Positions 54,522-63,539 of a DNA stretch of 64,000 nt are shown piece after piece (the first letter of the stretch is position 1; each line of letters starts with the position of its first letter). The stretch spans positions 186,001-250,000 of the IMG/VR virus record IMGVR_UViG_3300042261_001312; one strand, 5' to 3'. Both the position numbers and the translations under genes were made by a program. The notes beneath the pieces were generated by a model, which was given only the letters and a program-made list of their open reading frames with translations, did not search any database and was not told the DNA's origin.

Positions 54522-56213
54522 ATGGAAAATTTAAAATCTTATTTTCTTGATGATAAAAATGGTGCACATAAAAGAGAATCATTTTTAATCAAATATCATT
54601 CAGACCTATTGAATGATATTTTAAATTATAAAATTAACCTAAATAAAAATTATCCGTTAATTCAAAAAATATATAATTATATTTTCGCTTTGAATGAAGT
54701 TCCAAAATGTTATTGCGGTAATGAAGTCAAATTTAATGAAACTATAAATAAAGGATATAGAAAATATTGTTCAACTAAATGCGGTAGAAATGATCCTTTA
54801 GTTAAAGATAAAATAAGAAAAACGAATTTTGAAAAATATGGTGTAGATGCTCCATTACAATCAAAATTAATACAAGATAAACAAAAAGAGACGAACATAA
54901 AAAAATATGGTGTTGAAAATCCACAAAAAAATAGTATAATTAAAAATAAAACCAAACAGACAAACATAAAAAAATATGGTGTCGAGAATCCATTCCAATC
55001 AGAAATAATTAAAGATAAAATAAAACAAACAAATTTAAAAAAATATAATGTTGAAAACGTATCTAAACTGACGGCAATTAAAGAAAAAAAGAAAGAAACA
55101 TCAAGAATTAATTATGGTCAGGATTATTATACACAAACTAATGAATATAAAAAAAGACAAGCAAATACTTTTCTAAAAAAAATAAATAATTTAGATATTT
55201 CTGTTTTTGATTTAGATAATTTAATTTTTTTAGTGAAAAATCATTGTGAAAAGCATGAAGAATTTTTAATTAAAAAAGATACACTATATAATAGGTATTT
55301 TGTTTCTAAGCAAAATAATATTTGTACTGAATGTTTACCACCAGAAAGAACGCATGATTCAAATATTTTCAATGAAATAAAAAAATTTTTATTGAAATAT
55401 AATATAAATTTCATTGAAAATGATAGAAATGTTGTTAAGCCATATGAAATTGATTTATATTTGCCTGACCATAATTTTGGAATTGAAATAAATGGTTCTT
55501 ATTATCATTCCGATTTTTATAAAACCCCCAATTATCATCAAAATAAAACATTATTGGCTAGAAAACATAATATTTTTATATTTCATCTTTGGGATTTTGA
55601 TTATTATAATAACAAAAACTTGATTTTATCAATGCTGTTAAGTAAATTATCTTTAATTGAAAATAAAATATATGCAAGAAATACGAAAATTCGTGAAATT
55701 GAAGATAACGTCTGTAAAGAATTTTTAAATAAAAACCACATTCAAAAATGGTGCGTTTCACGATATCGTTATGGGTTGTATTGCGATAATAAACTAATTA
55801 GTGTCATGACATTTGGAAAATTGCGAAATAATTTAAATAGTGCTGGGAAAGAAGGTCAATTTGAATTATTACGTTTTTGTTCAGAACAAAATATGACCAT
55901 TGTTGGTGGTGCACAAAAATTATTAAACTTTTTTGAAAAAAACCATAATGTTACGAAAATTATATCATATTCAAATAATGACATCAGTAATGGTAATTTA
56001 TATAAAATTTTGGGATTTGATTTAATTAAAGAAACTAAACCAACATATTGGTGGATTAAACATATGGTAAAATACAATAGATATAACTTCAGGAAGGATA
56101 GATTAATTCAAGACGGTTTTGATGCCAATAAAACTGAAGATGAAATTATGAAAGAACGTGGATATTTAAAAGTATATAATTCAGGGAATCAACTTTACGA
56201 AAAACTCTTGTAA
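54522..56213 (+). CDS. Hef-like putative homing endonuclease (zinc finger, KYGVENP repeats, PD-(D/E)XK core, conserved C-terminal domain)
   Basis: CYCG...KGYRKYCSTKC; about five T(N).KKYG(V)EN repeats; EIDLYLP...IEINGSYYHS; C-terminal IYARNT...ELLRFC...GGAQKLL...RGYLKVYNSG. ORF track starts at GTG 54507. Confidence 0.75.
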   Translation: MENLKSYFLDDKNGAHKRESFLIKYHSDLLNDILNYKINLNKNYPLIQKIYNYIFALNEVPKCYCGNEVKFNETINKGYRKYCSTKCGRNDPLVKDKIRKTNFEKYGVDAPLQSKLIQDKQKETNIKKYGVENPQKNSIIKNKTKQTNIKKYGVENPFQSEIIKDKIKQTNLKKYNVENVSKLTAIKEKKKETSRINYGQDYYTQTNEYKKRQANTFLKKINNLDISVFDLDNLIFLVKNHCEKHEEFLIKKDTLYNRYFVSKQNNICTECLPPERTHDSNIFNEIKKFLLKYNINFIENDRNVVKPYEIDLYLPDHNFGIEINGSYYHSDFYKTPNYHQNKTLLARKHNIFIFHLWDFDYYNNKNLILSMLLSKLSLIENKIYARNTKIREIEDNVCKEFLNKNHIQKWCVSRYRYGLYCDNKLISVMTFGKLRNNLNSAGKEGQFELLRFCSEQNMTIVGGAQKLLNFFEKNHNVTKIISYSNNDISNGNLYKILGFDLIKETKPTYWWIKHMVKYNRYNFRKDRLIQDGFDANKTEDEIMKERGYLKVYNSGNQLYEKLL

Positions 56214-56238
56214 TTTTAATTGGTTTTTCATATATTTG
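56208..56238 (+). promoter_or_regulatory. Bacteroidota-type promoter (TTG-N20-TATATTTG)
   Basis: TTG at 56208-56210 and TATATTTG at 56231-56238, upstream of the Mre11-Rad50 gene. Confidence 0.6.
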
Positions 56239-56257
56239 CATACCAAATAACATTAAA

Positions 56258-59200
56258 ATGAATATTAATAAGATATGCCATTTGGCAGACATCCACATCC
56301 GAAAAACACCTACTCGTAATGAAGAATACCAATTGGTATTCAATAATTTGTTAAAATCATTGAGTAAAAATAAACCAGATAGAATTGTAATTGTTGGCGA
56401 TTTGGTTCATGACTACCTTGATTTACAGGGGGAACAATTAATATTGGCTTCAGATTTTTTAAATGAATTGGCTGAGATTGCACCTGTTCGAATCACAAGA
56501 GGAAATCACGATTGTAGAAAAAAAACCCTGAATAGAGTTGATAGTGTTAAAGCAATTGTCGAAACACTACACAATCCAAAAGTTATTTATTATGATACAT
56601 CAGATGTTTATTATGATGATAATGTTGCTTGGATGGTTTGGCATCATGGAGACTCAAAAGGGAATCCTTGGAAGACGAAAGAAGGTAAAATTTATGAAAA
56701 ATTAAGAACAACTTCTCAACAGTATATTTCAATTGATTTATTTCATGATCCAATTAGTGGCTATTTGACTACTGGTGGTCTTGAAATGAAAAGCAAGTCA
56801 TATTACCAAGCATCTGATTTTAAGGGTGATTTGTCATTCTTTGGGGATATTCATAGAATGCAATACATGAATAAGGCAAAAACCAAAGCATATTGTGGGT
56901 CACTTATTGCACAAGACGTTAGTGAAGGTGATGATAACTTTCATGGATATTTATTGTGGGACATAACAACAAAAACGGCAGAAGAAATACCAATTGATAA
57001 TGATTGGTCTTATAAAAACGTGAGAATTACACCATACACTGACTTCGATGACTTGGATTTTGAAATTGGAAATCCGACAAAGCATATGAAGGTTAGGTTT
57101 CTCTGGGGTACATTACCTCAAACAAGAACAAAAGATAATGAAAGAAAATTAGCGATTTATCTCAAATCAAAATATGATAATGTAACAATTTCACATAAGA
57201 ATCAATTCATTGAAAGTGAGAAAATCGATGTTAATGAGAACATCACAATTCAAAACATTGAAGACAAAGCGGTTCAACATGAAATTTTCAAAGAATACCT
57301 AACCAAAATAGGTTCAAGTGAAGAAGTAATTAATGATGTTATTGCACTTGACGAAGAAATTTTAAATGAAATTGAATTTGATGATATTGCTAGTATTGAA
57401 TGGAATGTAGTTAAATTTGGAGGTAAGAATTTCATGTCATATGAAACACTTGATATTGATTGGCGTGATAATGACGGATTGTATCAAATAACTGGAATGA
57501 ATACTGCAGGAAAGACCACAATAATGAAGTTATTATCATATATTTTGTTCAGCAAGACATTGGAAACCGAAACAAGAGTTAAATATGGTGATATGCGTTT
57601 TGTTAACAACCGAAATGGTGCAGACTATTGTGAAGGTTATCTTGTATTAGAAGCAGGTGGTGAATATTACGGTATTAAGAAAAGAACTGAAATTGAAAAA
57701 AATAGGTCTGGTGAAATAAAAGGTGCGCCTACTACATTGAATTATTATCTACTTTCCAATCCAGACGAAGCAATGGATGAAAAAACATCGTTGGATGTAT
57801 TGGTTGAAGACCGTAAGTATAAAACGCAGAAGAAAATTGAATCTATTATTGGGTCATATGATAATTTCATGCGTATTGTAATGACGACATCTGATACGCT
57901 AAACAGAATATTATCAAACGATATGGCTGTTTTCATCGATTCAATTCTCTTTGATAGCGGATGTGATATATTCGATAAAAAACTCGAAGGATTGAAAGCA
58001 TATCAAAAACGAGTTAATGAGAAATCAAGGGTGAGTTGTAATGTTGAATTCACCACGACTGAAAATGCTACATTAAAACAAGAAATCCGTGTTCTCAAAG
58101 GTGAAATTACTGAAATTGAAACAACAAAGTTACCAGACATTCAAATAAGAATTTCCAAAGGCAGAAAATATGTTGAAGATTTAACGAAGAAACTCTTTAA
58201 AATTGATGCCGAAATTTATAATTTGGATATTGATGCCACAAAAGGATTGATTGAACGACATAATGGTATTATTGATGATTTTAAGGCACGTAAGAGCGTT
58301 TTAGAGACAAGCATTCTTGCTTTGAGGGAAACGTATGACGAAGAGAAATTAAATGCTCTAATCGCAAAAAAAGACACTCACAAGACAAATGAGTACTCAA
58401 TGAAGATGAAGATTAAAGAGCATGAACAAACCAAAAGAAATCATGAACATTCAATCGAAATATTAAATGGTGACATTTTTAGATTAAAAAAACAAGGCAC
58501 TGAATATAAGGAAGAAATTATCAAATTAAAAAACAGCAAGACTTGTCCTACTTGTGGTCAGTTATTAACTGCAGATCATAGAAAACATATTGACGATAAA
58601 ATAAAAGAAATCGAAGGTCAAATGTTTCCAATTGCAGACCAAATAAAGGACATTCAAAATGTAAAAATAAAAGAACAACAAGATATTATTGATAGTACTG
58701 TTAAGGAAATCGATAAAATTAAAAAGGATATTGATGATAAGTCATTGGAAATGGAAGGCGTTCTTACCGAAATAGGCGTTCTTACAAACGACAAGAATGA
58801 TGTGGATAGACGAAAGGAATTGATGATTGAGTATGACCAAATCCCAACAAAAATCCAAAACGAAGAATTGAAAATCAGTATACATCAACAAAAAATTGAT
58901 AATCACGACAATAGTCTGAAGCAAATCGAAGAGAATCAAAGGATTGAAAAAGGTATTACTGCCGCTAAATTAAAATTGAAAGAACTTGAAGATGAAGAGA
59001 GCGATGAAAAAGAAAATGTCTACATCAAGAAAACAGGTGTTGCTGAAAAAGAATTGAAAATTAAGAATAATGAAATTCTTATTGCCGAATTCAAAATACA
59101 GGAGCATCGTGATATGGTTATTAGTCTTTATAAGCAATGTGTACATAGGGATGGGATTCCAAGACAAATGTTGAGCAATTATATTTTACCGAATATCAAC

Positions 59201-59590
59201 ATAACTTTGGAAAATATCTTATCGGTTTCACCATTCAAGGTTTGGTTAGACCCTGTTGATTTAAGACCAAAATTGGTGTATAACGACAGACCTCAAGCAA
59301 TTGTTGATTGTATAAGTGCATCGGGAAAAGAAAGAACTTTTTCAAGTGTTGTGTTAAAATTCGCATTGAATCAGATTAACGTAAAGGCAAAACCTTCAAT
59401 CTTCCTGTTGGACGAAGTTATGGGTAAATTAAGTGAAGAAAGCATTGAAGAGTTCATTGAAATTCTTCAAATGATTAAAGCAAATATGAAAAAAGTACTG
59501 GTCATTGAGCATAATCACGAAATCAATCCAGACTATTTATTAAACGTACAATTGAATGATGATGGAATATCATCAGTAACAATGGAATAA
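56258..59590 (+). CDS. Mre11/SbcD nuclease - Rad50/SbcC ATPase fusion (T4 gp47-gp46-like)
   Basis: DIHIR, GDLVH, GNHD, GDIH phosphoesterase motifs; Walker A GMNTAGKTT, zinc hook CPTCGQ, signature SASGKE, Walker B LLDEVMG, H-loop VIEH. Confidence 0.92.
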   Translation: MNINKICHLADIHIRKTPTRNEEYQLVFNNLLKSLSKNKPDRIVIVGDLVHDYLDLQGEQLILASDFLNELAEIAPVRITRGNHDCRKKTLNRVDSVKAIVETLHNPKVIYYDTSDVYYDDNVAWMVWHHGDSKGNPWKTKEGKIYEKLRTTSQQYISIDLFHDPISGYLTTGGLEMKSKSYYQASDFKGDLSFFGDIHRMQYMNKAKTKAYCGSLIAQDVSEGDDNFHGYLLWDITTKTAEEIPIDNDWSYKNVRITPYTDFDDLDFEIGNPTKHMKVRFLWGTLPQTRTKDNERKLAIYLKSKYDNVTISHKNQFIESEKIDVNENITIQNIEDKAVQHEIFKEYLTKIGSSEEVINDVIALDEEILNEIEFDDIASIEWNVVKFGGKNFMSYETLDIDWRDNDGLYQITGMNTAGKTTIMKLLSYILFSKTLETETRVKYGDMRFVNNRNGADYCEGYLVLEAGGEYYGIKKRTEIEKNRSGEIKGAPTTLNYYLLSNPDEAMDEKTSLDVLVEDRKYKTQKKIESIIGSYDNFMRIVMTTSDTLNRILSNDMAVFIDSILFDSGCDIFDKKLEGLKAYQKRVNEKSRVSCNVEFTTTENATLKQEIRVLKGEITEIETTKLPDIQIRISKGRKYVEDLTKKLFKIDAEIYNLDIDATKGLIERHNGIIDDFKARKSVLETSILALRETYDEEKLNALIAKKDTHKTNEYSMKMKIKEHEQTKRNHEHSIEILNGDIFRLKKQGTEYKEEIIKLKNSKTCPTCGQLLTADHRKHIDDKIKEIEGQMFPIADQIKDIQNVKIKEQQDIIDSTVKEIDKIKKDIDDKSLEMEGVLTEIGVLTNDKNDVDRRKELMIEYDQIPTKIQNEELKISIHQQKIDNHDNSLKQIEENQRIEKGITAAKLKLKELEDEESDEKENVYIKKTGVAEKELKIKNNEILIAEFKIQEHRDMVISLYKQCVHRDGIPRQMLSNYILPNINITLENILSVSPFKVWLDPVDLRPKLVYNDRPQAIVDCISASGKERTFSSVVLKFALNQINVKAKPSIFLLDEVMGKLSEESIEEFIEILQMIKANMKKVLVIEHNHEINPDYLLNVQLNDDGISSVTME

Positions 59591-59603
59591 TAATTTAAAA
59601 CAT

Positions 59604-59783
59604 ATGATAATGGAAGAAAATGTTGAAAAATCTAAATTAATCAAGGAAGCCTTGATAATAGTGGATGAATTAGGAAAATGCACATTTAATGATGAAGATG
59701 ATTTAATAAAAGTGCAAGATAGGTTGAAAACATTGGCAAGAAAAGCCAAACAACTTAAAAATAATAGATATTGGAAACTATAA
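59604..59783 (+). CDS. 59-aa hypothetical protein (not in ORF track)
   Basis: MIMEENVEKSKLIKEALIIVDELGKC...KNNRYWKL fills the gap after the Rad50 fusion. Confidence 0.55.
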   Translation: MIMEENVEKSKLIKEALIIVDELGKCTFNDEDDLIKVQDRLKTLARKAKQLKNNRYWKL

Positions 59784-59832
59784 TTTATTTTACACATTTT
59801 TGAACAAATCTACACATTTTTATTTTTTTACA

Positions 59833-59840
59833 GTATTTAT
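59833..59840 (+). promoter_or_regulatory. GTATTTAT putative late promoter
   Basis: 22 nt before ATG 59855. Confidence 0.7.
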
Positions 59841-59854
59841 GGTAAAAGTTAATT

Positions 59855-60028
59855 ATGAAATTGATATCAATAAGTAAGGCTAGTGTTATTTTGGGTGTTA
59901 CTCCAAAGACTTTAAGAATTTGGGAAAAAGAAGGTAAAATAACTCCAACATATACTCCAAATGGACATAGAAGATATGATATTGACCAAATAAATAAATT
60001 TTATTCGTCAAATAATTTAAAAAAATGA
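59855..60028 (+). CDS. 57-aa MerR-family/excisionase-like HTH protein (not in ORF track)
   Basis: ISISKASVILGVTPKTLRIWEKEGKITPTYTPNGHRRYD is the MerR/IS607-TnpA N-terminal HTH pattern; ATGA overlap with the next gene. Confidence 0.8.
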   Translation: MKLISISKASVILGVTPKTLRIWEKEGKITPTYTPNGHRRYDIDQINKFYSSNNLKK

Positions 60029-60801
60029 AAATATGGACTTTTGAAAAGTGCAGAGAAGAAGCATTAAAATACACAACCAAAATAGAATTCAAAAAAAATT
60101 CAATGTCTGCATATACGATTTCAAATAGAAATGGATGGATGCCCGAAATATCAACCCATATGGTTAAAATTGGCAGTAAATATAAAAGATGTATATATAC
60201 TTACGAATTTCCTGATAATCATGTTTATGTTGGCTTAACTTTTAATTTAAATGAAAGACAAGTTAATAGAGATTGTCATGACAATGATAAAGTCACAAAA
60301 TACATAAAAGAGACCAATTTAACCCCAATTAGAAAGCAATTAACAGATTATGTTGATGTAGAAACAGCAATTAAATTAGAGGGCGAATTTCTTAATGTAT
60401 ATAGTGATAATGGCTGGCAAATATTAAATGTTGCTAAAACTGGGGGTATTGGAGGAGATACTTTATTTTGGACGAAGGAAAAATGTATAGATGTTGCTAA
60501 AAAATCTAAGAATAGAACAGAATTCGGTATAAAATATAGGGGAGCATATTCATCATCAATGAAAAATGGATGGATTAGTGAAATATATGAAATTTTAGGA
60601 AAAACACAAAAAGGTGGTAAACGAATACATTCTTTCGAATCATGTAAAGAAAAAGCAACTTTGTGCAGAACAAGAGCAGAATTTAAAATAAAATTTCCTC
60701 ACGAATTTAATGCTGCATATAACAATAAATGGCTTAATGAAATATGCTCACATATGATAAATGGTAAATTGAAACAAAATAAAAAATTATATTATGAATA
60801 A
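60025..60801 (+). CDS. GIY-YIG-type putative homing endonuclease with helical repeats (paralogue of 51460)
   Basis: CIYTYEFPDNHVYVGLTFNLNER...KLEGE...ILN; same repeat architecture as 51460-52239. Confidence 0.75.
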   Translation: MKIWTFEKCREEALKYTTKIEFKKNSMSAYTISNRNGWMPEISTHMVKIGSKYKRCIYTYEFPDNHVYVGLTFNLNERQVNRDCHDNDKVTKYIKETNLTPIRKQLTDYVDVETAIKLEGEFLNVYSDNGWQILNVAKTGGIGGDTLFWTKEKCIDVAKKSKNRTEFGIKYRGAYSSSMKNGWISEIYEILGKTQKGGKRIHSFESCKEKATLCRTRAEFKIKFPHEFNAAYNNKWLNEICSHMINGKLKQNKKLYYE

Positions 60802-61252
60802 ATGGGATGTAAAATTTAATGAATTGGCTAAACATGTTTCGAGTTGGTCAAAAGATAAATCAGTTAAAGTAGGTGCGGTCATCGTTAATCCAGATGATAA
60901 AAATCCAATTTCAATGGGTTTTAATGGATTTCCGTCAAAAGTAAATGAAGATATTGCTGAAAGACATGAAAGACCGTTGAAGTATTTTTATACTGTTCAT
61001 GGAGAAATTAATGCAATTGCAAATGCTGCAAAAAATGGACAAAGAACTAAAGGATGTGATATGTATGTAACTTATTTCCCTTGTTGCAATTGTGCGGGGG
61101 CAATAGTGAATGCAGGAATTAAACGTGTTTTTTGTGATGAAGCACCTGATTTCAATCATGAAAGATGGGGCGAAAATTGGAAAATTTCATCAACAATATT
61201 AGAAGAAGGTGGTGTAGAAGTAATTTATATGAATTATGATGCAAATAGATGA
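60794..61252 (+). CDS. dCMP deaminase
   Basis: SKDKSVKVGAVIV, GFNG, HGEINAI (HxE), PCCNC (PCxxC). Confidence 0.92.
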   Translation: MNKWDVKFNELAKHVSSWSKDKSVKVGAVIVNPDDKNPISMGFNGFPSKVNEDIAERHERPLKYFYTVHGEINAIANAAKNGQRTKGCDMYVTYFPCCNCAGAIVNAGIKRVFCDEAPDFNHERWGENWKISSTILEEGGVEVIYMNYDANR

Positions 61253-61850
61253 ATTAACATATAAGACAAAAGAAATTAATAGATATAAGACACAATCTCC
61301 AAAAACTCAGATTGTATTGGCTACAAGTCTTAGGAAAAATAGTTATCATATTACCAGACTATTACATAAAGAATTTGGAAAAACCAAGAAATGGAATACA
61401 TATACCATTTCCAGAAGTGGCTTGATTTACAAGCATTTTGATCCAAAGCATCATAGTGATTTTTTGGGTATTAAGGAGGCAGATAAGCAATCAATTTCAA
61501 TTGTTTTGGAAAATATGGGCAGTTTATTTGAAACTGCGGATGGAAAACATATTAACTGGATTAATGAAATATGTGAAGAAGATAGAATGGTCAAAAGAAA
61601 TTGGATGGGTTATAATTATTGGGAGAATTTCACAGAGGAACAAATTAAAAGCACTGTTGAGTTATGTAAACAACTGTGTGATGAATTCGGCATACCAAAA
61701 GTTTTGATTGATTTTCATCATTATCATAAAGATACATTAAAATTTAAAGGAATTGTGTTCAGAAGTAATTATATCGAAGACAGTTCCGATATGAATCCGT
61801 TGTTTGACATCAATAAATTCAATGAAATGATCAATAGTGAAATCATTTAA
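61236..61850 (+). CDS. N-acetylmuramoyl-L-alanine amidase-fold (Amidase_2) protein with degenerate zinc ligands
   Basis: Fold pattern YTISRSGLIY...HSDFLG...SISIVLEN...FTEEQIKSTVEL...GIVFRSN...SDMNP; the usual HHT and GH motifs appear as ATS and FRS. Confidence 0.65.
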   Translation: MMQIDELTYKTKEINRYKTQSPKTQIVLATSLRKNSYHITRLLHKEFGKTKKWNTYTISRSGLIYKHFDPKHHSDFLGIKEADKQSISIVLENMGSLFETADGKHINWINEICEEDRMVKRNWMGYNYWENFTEEQIKSTVELCKQLCDEFGIPKVLIDFHHYHKDTLKFKGIVFRSNYIEDSSDMNPLFDINKFNEMINSEII

Positions 61851-61857
61851 ATTAATA

Positions 61858-61866
61858 GTATTTATA
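61858..61866 (+). promoter_or_regulatory. GTATTTATA putative late promoter
   Basis: 23 nt before ATG 61881. Confidence 0.75.
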
Positions 61867-61880
61867 TAGAAACTACAAAT

Positions 61881-62399
61881 ATGAGTAATATCAATAAAAA
61901 AAGTACGCCAGACCAAATGAGAGTATTTCTACGTAGAATGCGTGGAAAAGATGTCATTGTCAATGAAGAAGTAATAACCAAAAAATATATGGAAGTGCGT
62001 GATATGCTTAAAATTACACGCAAATTAAATGAAGATGTCAGTGCGGAGGATGCTGAAGATAATGAATTAAAAAAATCACCAAATAAAGTAACTATTTTTG
62101 ATCAAAAAATTGAAGAAGATAAATTCTTGAATATTTTCAAAGATATGGAGAGTGATGTAAATGTTAAATTCCTTGAATTAGAAGTAACTGATAATCTCGT
62201 ATTTTGGGGAGGAACAATTGATGGTATTATTCAATTTACATATGCAGTAACACCGTATGAAGATAAGAATAATGTATTATTTAATTATTTAGAGGACTTT
62301 ACACCAGATAATCCACAAAATACGGAAATTGTGAAAAGAGTTGAAGATTATTATAATACATTCGCAAAATATTGGCAAAATAATATAATTCAAAAATAA
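61881..62399 (+). CDS. hypothetical protein
   Basis: 172 aa, with VNEE/LNED motifs. Confidence 0.7.
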   Translation: MSNINKKSTPDQMRVFLRRMRGKDVIVNEEVITKKYMEVRDMLKITRKLNEDVSAEDAEDNELKKSPNKVTIFDQKIEEDKFLNIFKDMESDVNVKFLELEVTDNLVFWGGTIDGIIQFTYAVTPYEDKNNVLFNYLEDFTPDNPQNTEIVKRVEDYYNTFAKYWQNNIIQK

Positions 62400-62400
62400 T

Positions 62401-63195
62401 ATGGCAAACTTTAATGTGAATCTAAATTTAAGTACTATAATTCTTATAGGTGTTATAGCATTTTTATTATTTGGTGGTAGCATCAAATTATATCAAAATA
62501 AGGTTGATAACCTTAAAGATAAACTTGAGACCGAAATTAAACTAAAAGATGCACTGATGGATAGCATCAGGTATCATAAAAATAAGTATAATGAATTGGT
62601 AGCGGAAAAACTTACCATTCAGGAAACTATTAAAAATCTAGAAAAAATCAACGGTCAACTCACTGCTTCACAGAAAGAATTAATGAGAAGGGTTATTGAA
62701 CTAAATGATAAAAATGCAGTAATTGCTGCAGCGTTAGTTCAGAATCAAATAATTATAGATTCATTGATACATCAAGGTCAGACGACAATAGATACGACAA
62801 AAAAGACAATTAATTTCAATGATAACTATAAGGAAGGTAAAAAGGAATTTTCGTATAGTTTTACAATTGGTAAAGTATTGCCTGCATATATGAACGAAAA
62901 ACCAACATTGCGTATTGATTCACTATATTTTCCAAATAAACAATTTATTTCATTCCAGTGGAAAAAGGTGAAAGGAAAAAACTATCCAATATCTTTCAGT
63001 GTTTCAAATTCAAACGATTTTTTCAAAACTGTTAATCTTGATAGTTATGCAATTCCCGCATTGAAAAAAGACGAAATTGATCCAAATAAATGGCAAAAAA
63101 TTGGAAATTTTTTCAGAAAAAATGGTCAGACTTTAATGTATATTGGTATTGGTGGTGCAGTTGGTGTAGGTACTTATATAATAATGACGAAATAA
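62401..63195 (+). CDS. membrane-anchored coiled-coil protein (spanin-like candidate)
   Basis: N-terminal TM segment STIILIGVIAFLLFGG, long heptad coil, C-terminal hydrophobic LMYIGIGGAVGVGTYIIM. Confidence 0.5.
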   Translation: MANFNVNLNLSTIILIGVIAFLLFGGSIKLYQNKVDNLKDKLETEIKLKDALMDSIRYHKNKYNELVAEKLTIQETIKNLEKINGQLTASQKELMRRVIELNDKNAVIAAALVQNQIIIDSLIHQGQTTIDTTKKTINFNDNYKEGKKEFSYSFTIGKVLPAYMNEKPTLRIDSLYFPNKQFISFQWKKVKGKNYPISFSVSNSNDFFKTVNLDSYAIPALKKDEIDPNKWQKIGNFFRKNGQTLMYIGIGGAVGVGTYIIMTK

Positions 63196-63229
63196 TATAC
63201 TCACTTAGATGGGGACACTTATATTCAAC

Positions 63230-63270
63230 AAAGAACGCATGTTATATTTAATATGCGTTCTTTTCTTTTT
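63230..63270 (+). terminator. Rho-independent terminator
   Basis: Stem AAAGAACGCAT / ATGCGTTCTTT followed by a T-rich tail. Confidence 0.8.
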
Positions 63271-63296
63271 ATGATCAATTTTTTATGCTATGTGAA

Positions 63297-63305
63297 GTAT
63301 TTATA
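63297..63305 (+). promoter_or_regulatory. GTATTTATA putative late promoter
   Basis: 28 nt before ATG 63325. Confidence 0.7.
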
Positions 63306-63324
63306 AGCAACAGATATACATGGC

Positions 63325-63531
63325 ATGGATTCAAATGAAGTAAAAAAGATTGTAAATGACGAGATTAAGAAATTTGTCAATGATGAATTAGACAAAGAAA
63401 TGAAAAGAATTTTACATACTTCTAATAGTAAAACTAGAGGAGAAATGGTAACGTCATTGAAGGATGCATTGGAAGCAGTTGTTAAAGTATTATGGCAGAA
63501 AAAAGATTTCTGGAAAGTTGACATTAAATAA
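63325..63531 (+). CDS. small hypothetical protein
   Basis: 68-aa helical ORF behind the late motif. Confidence 0.7.
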   Translation: MDSNEVKKIVNDEIKKFVNDELDKEMKRILHTSNSKTRGEMVTSLKDALEAVVKVLWQKKDFWKVDIK

Positions 63532-63539
63532 TATGTGAC

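Noticed and set aside
59855-60028. IS607 transposon (MerR HTH resembles the TnpA N-terminus)
   Set aside because: No serine-recombinase catalytic domain or tnpB follows; the next gene is a GIY-YIG paralogue.
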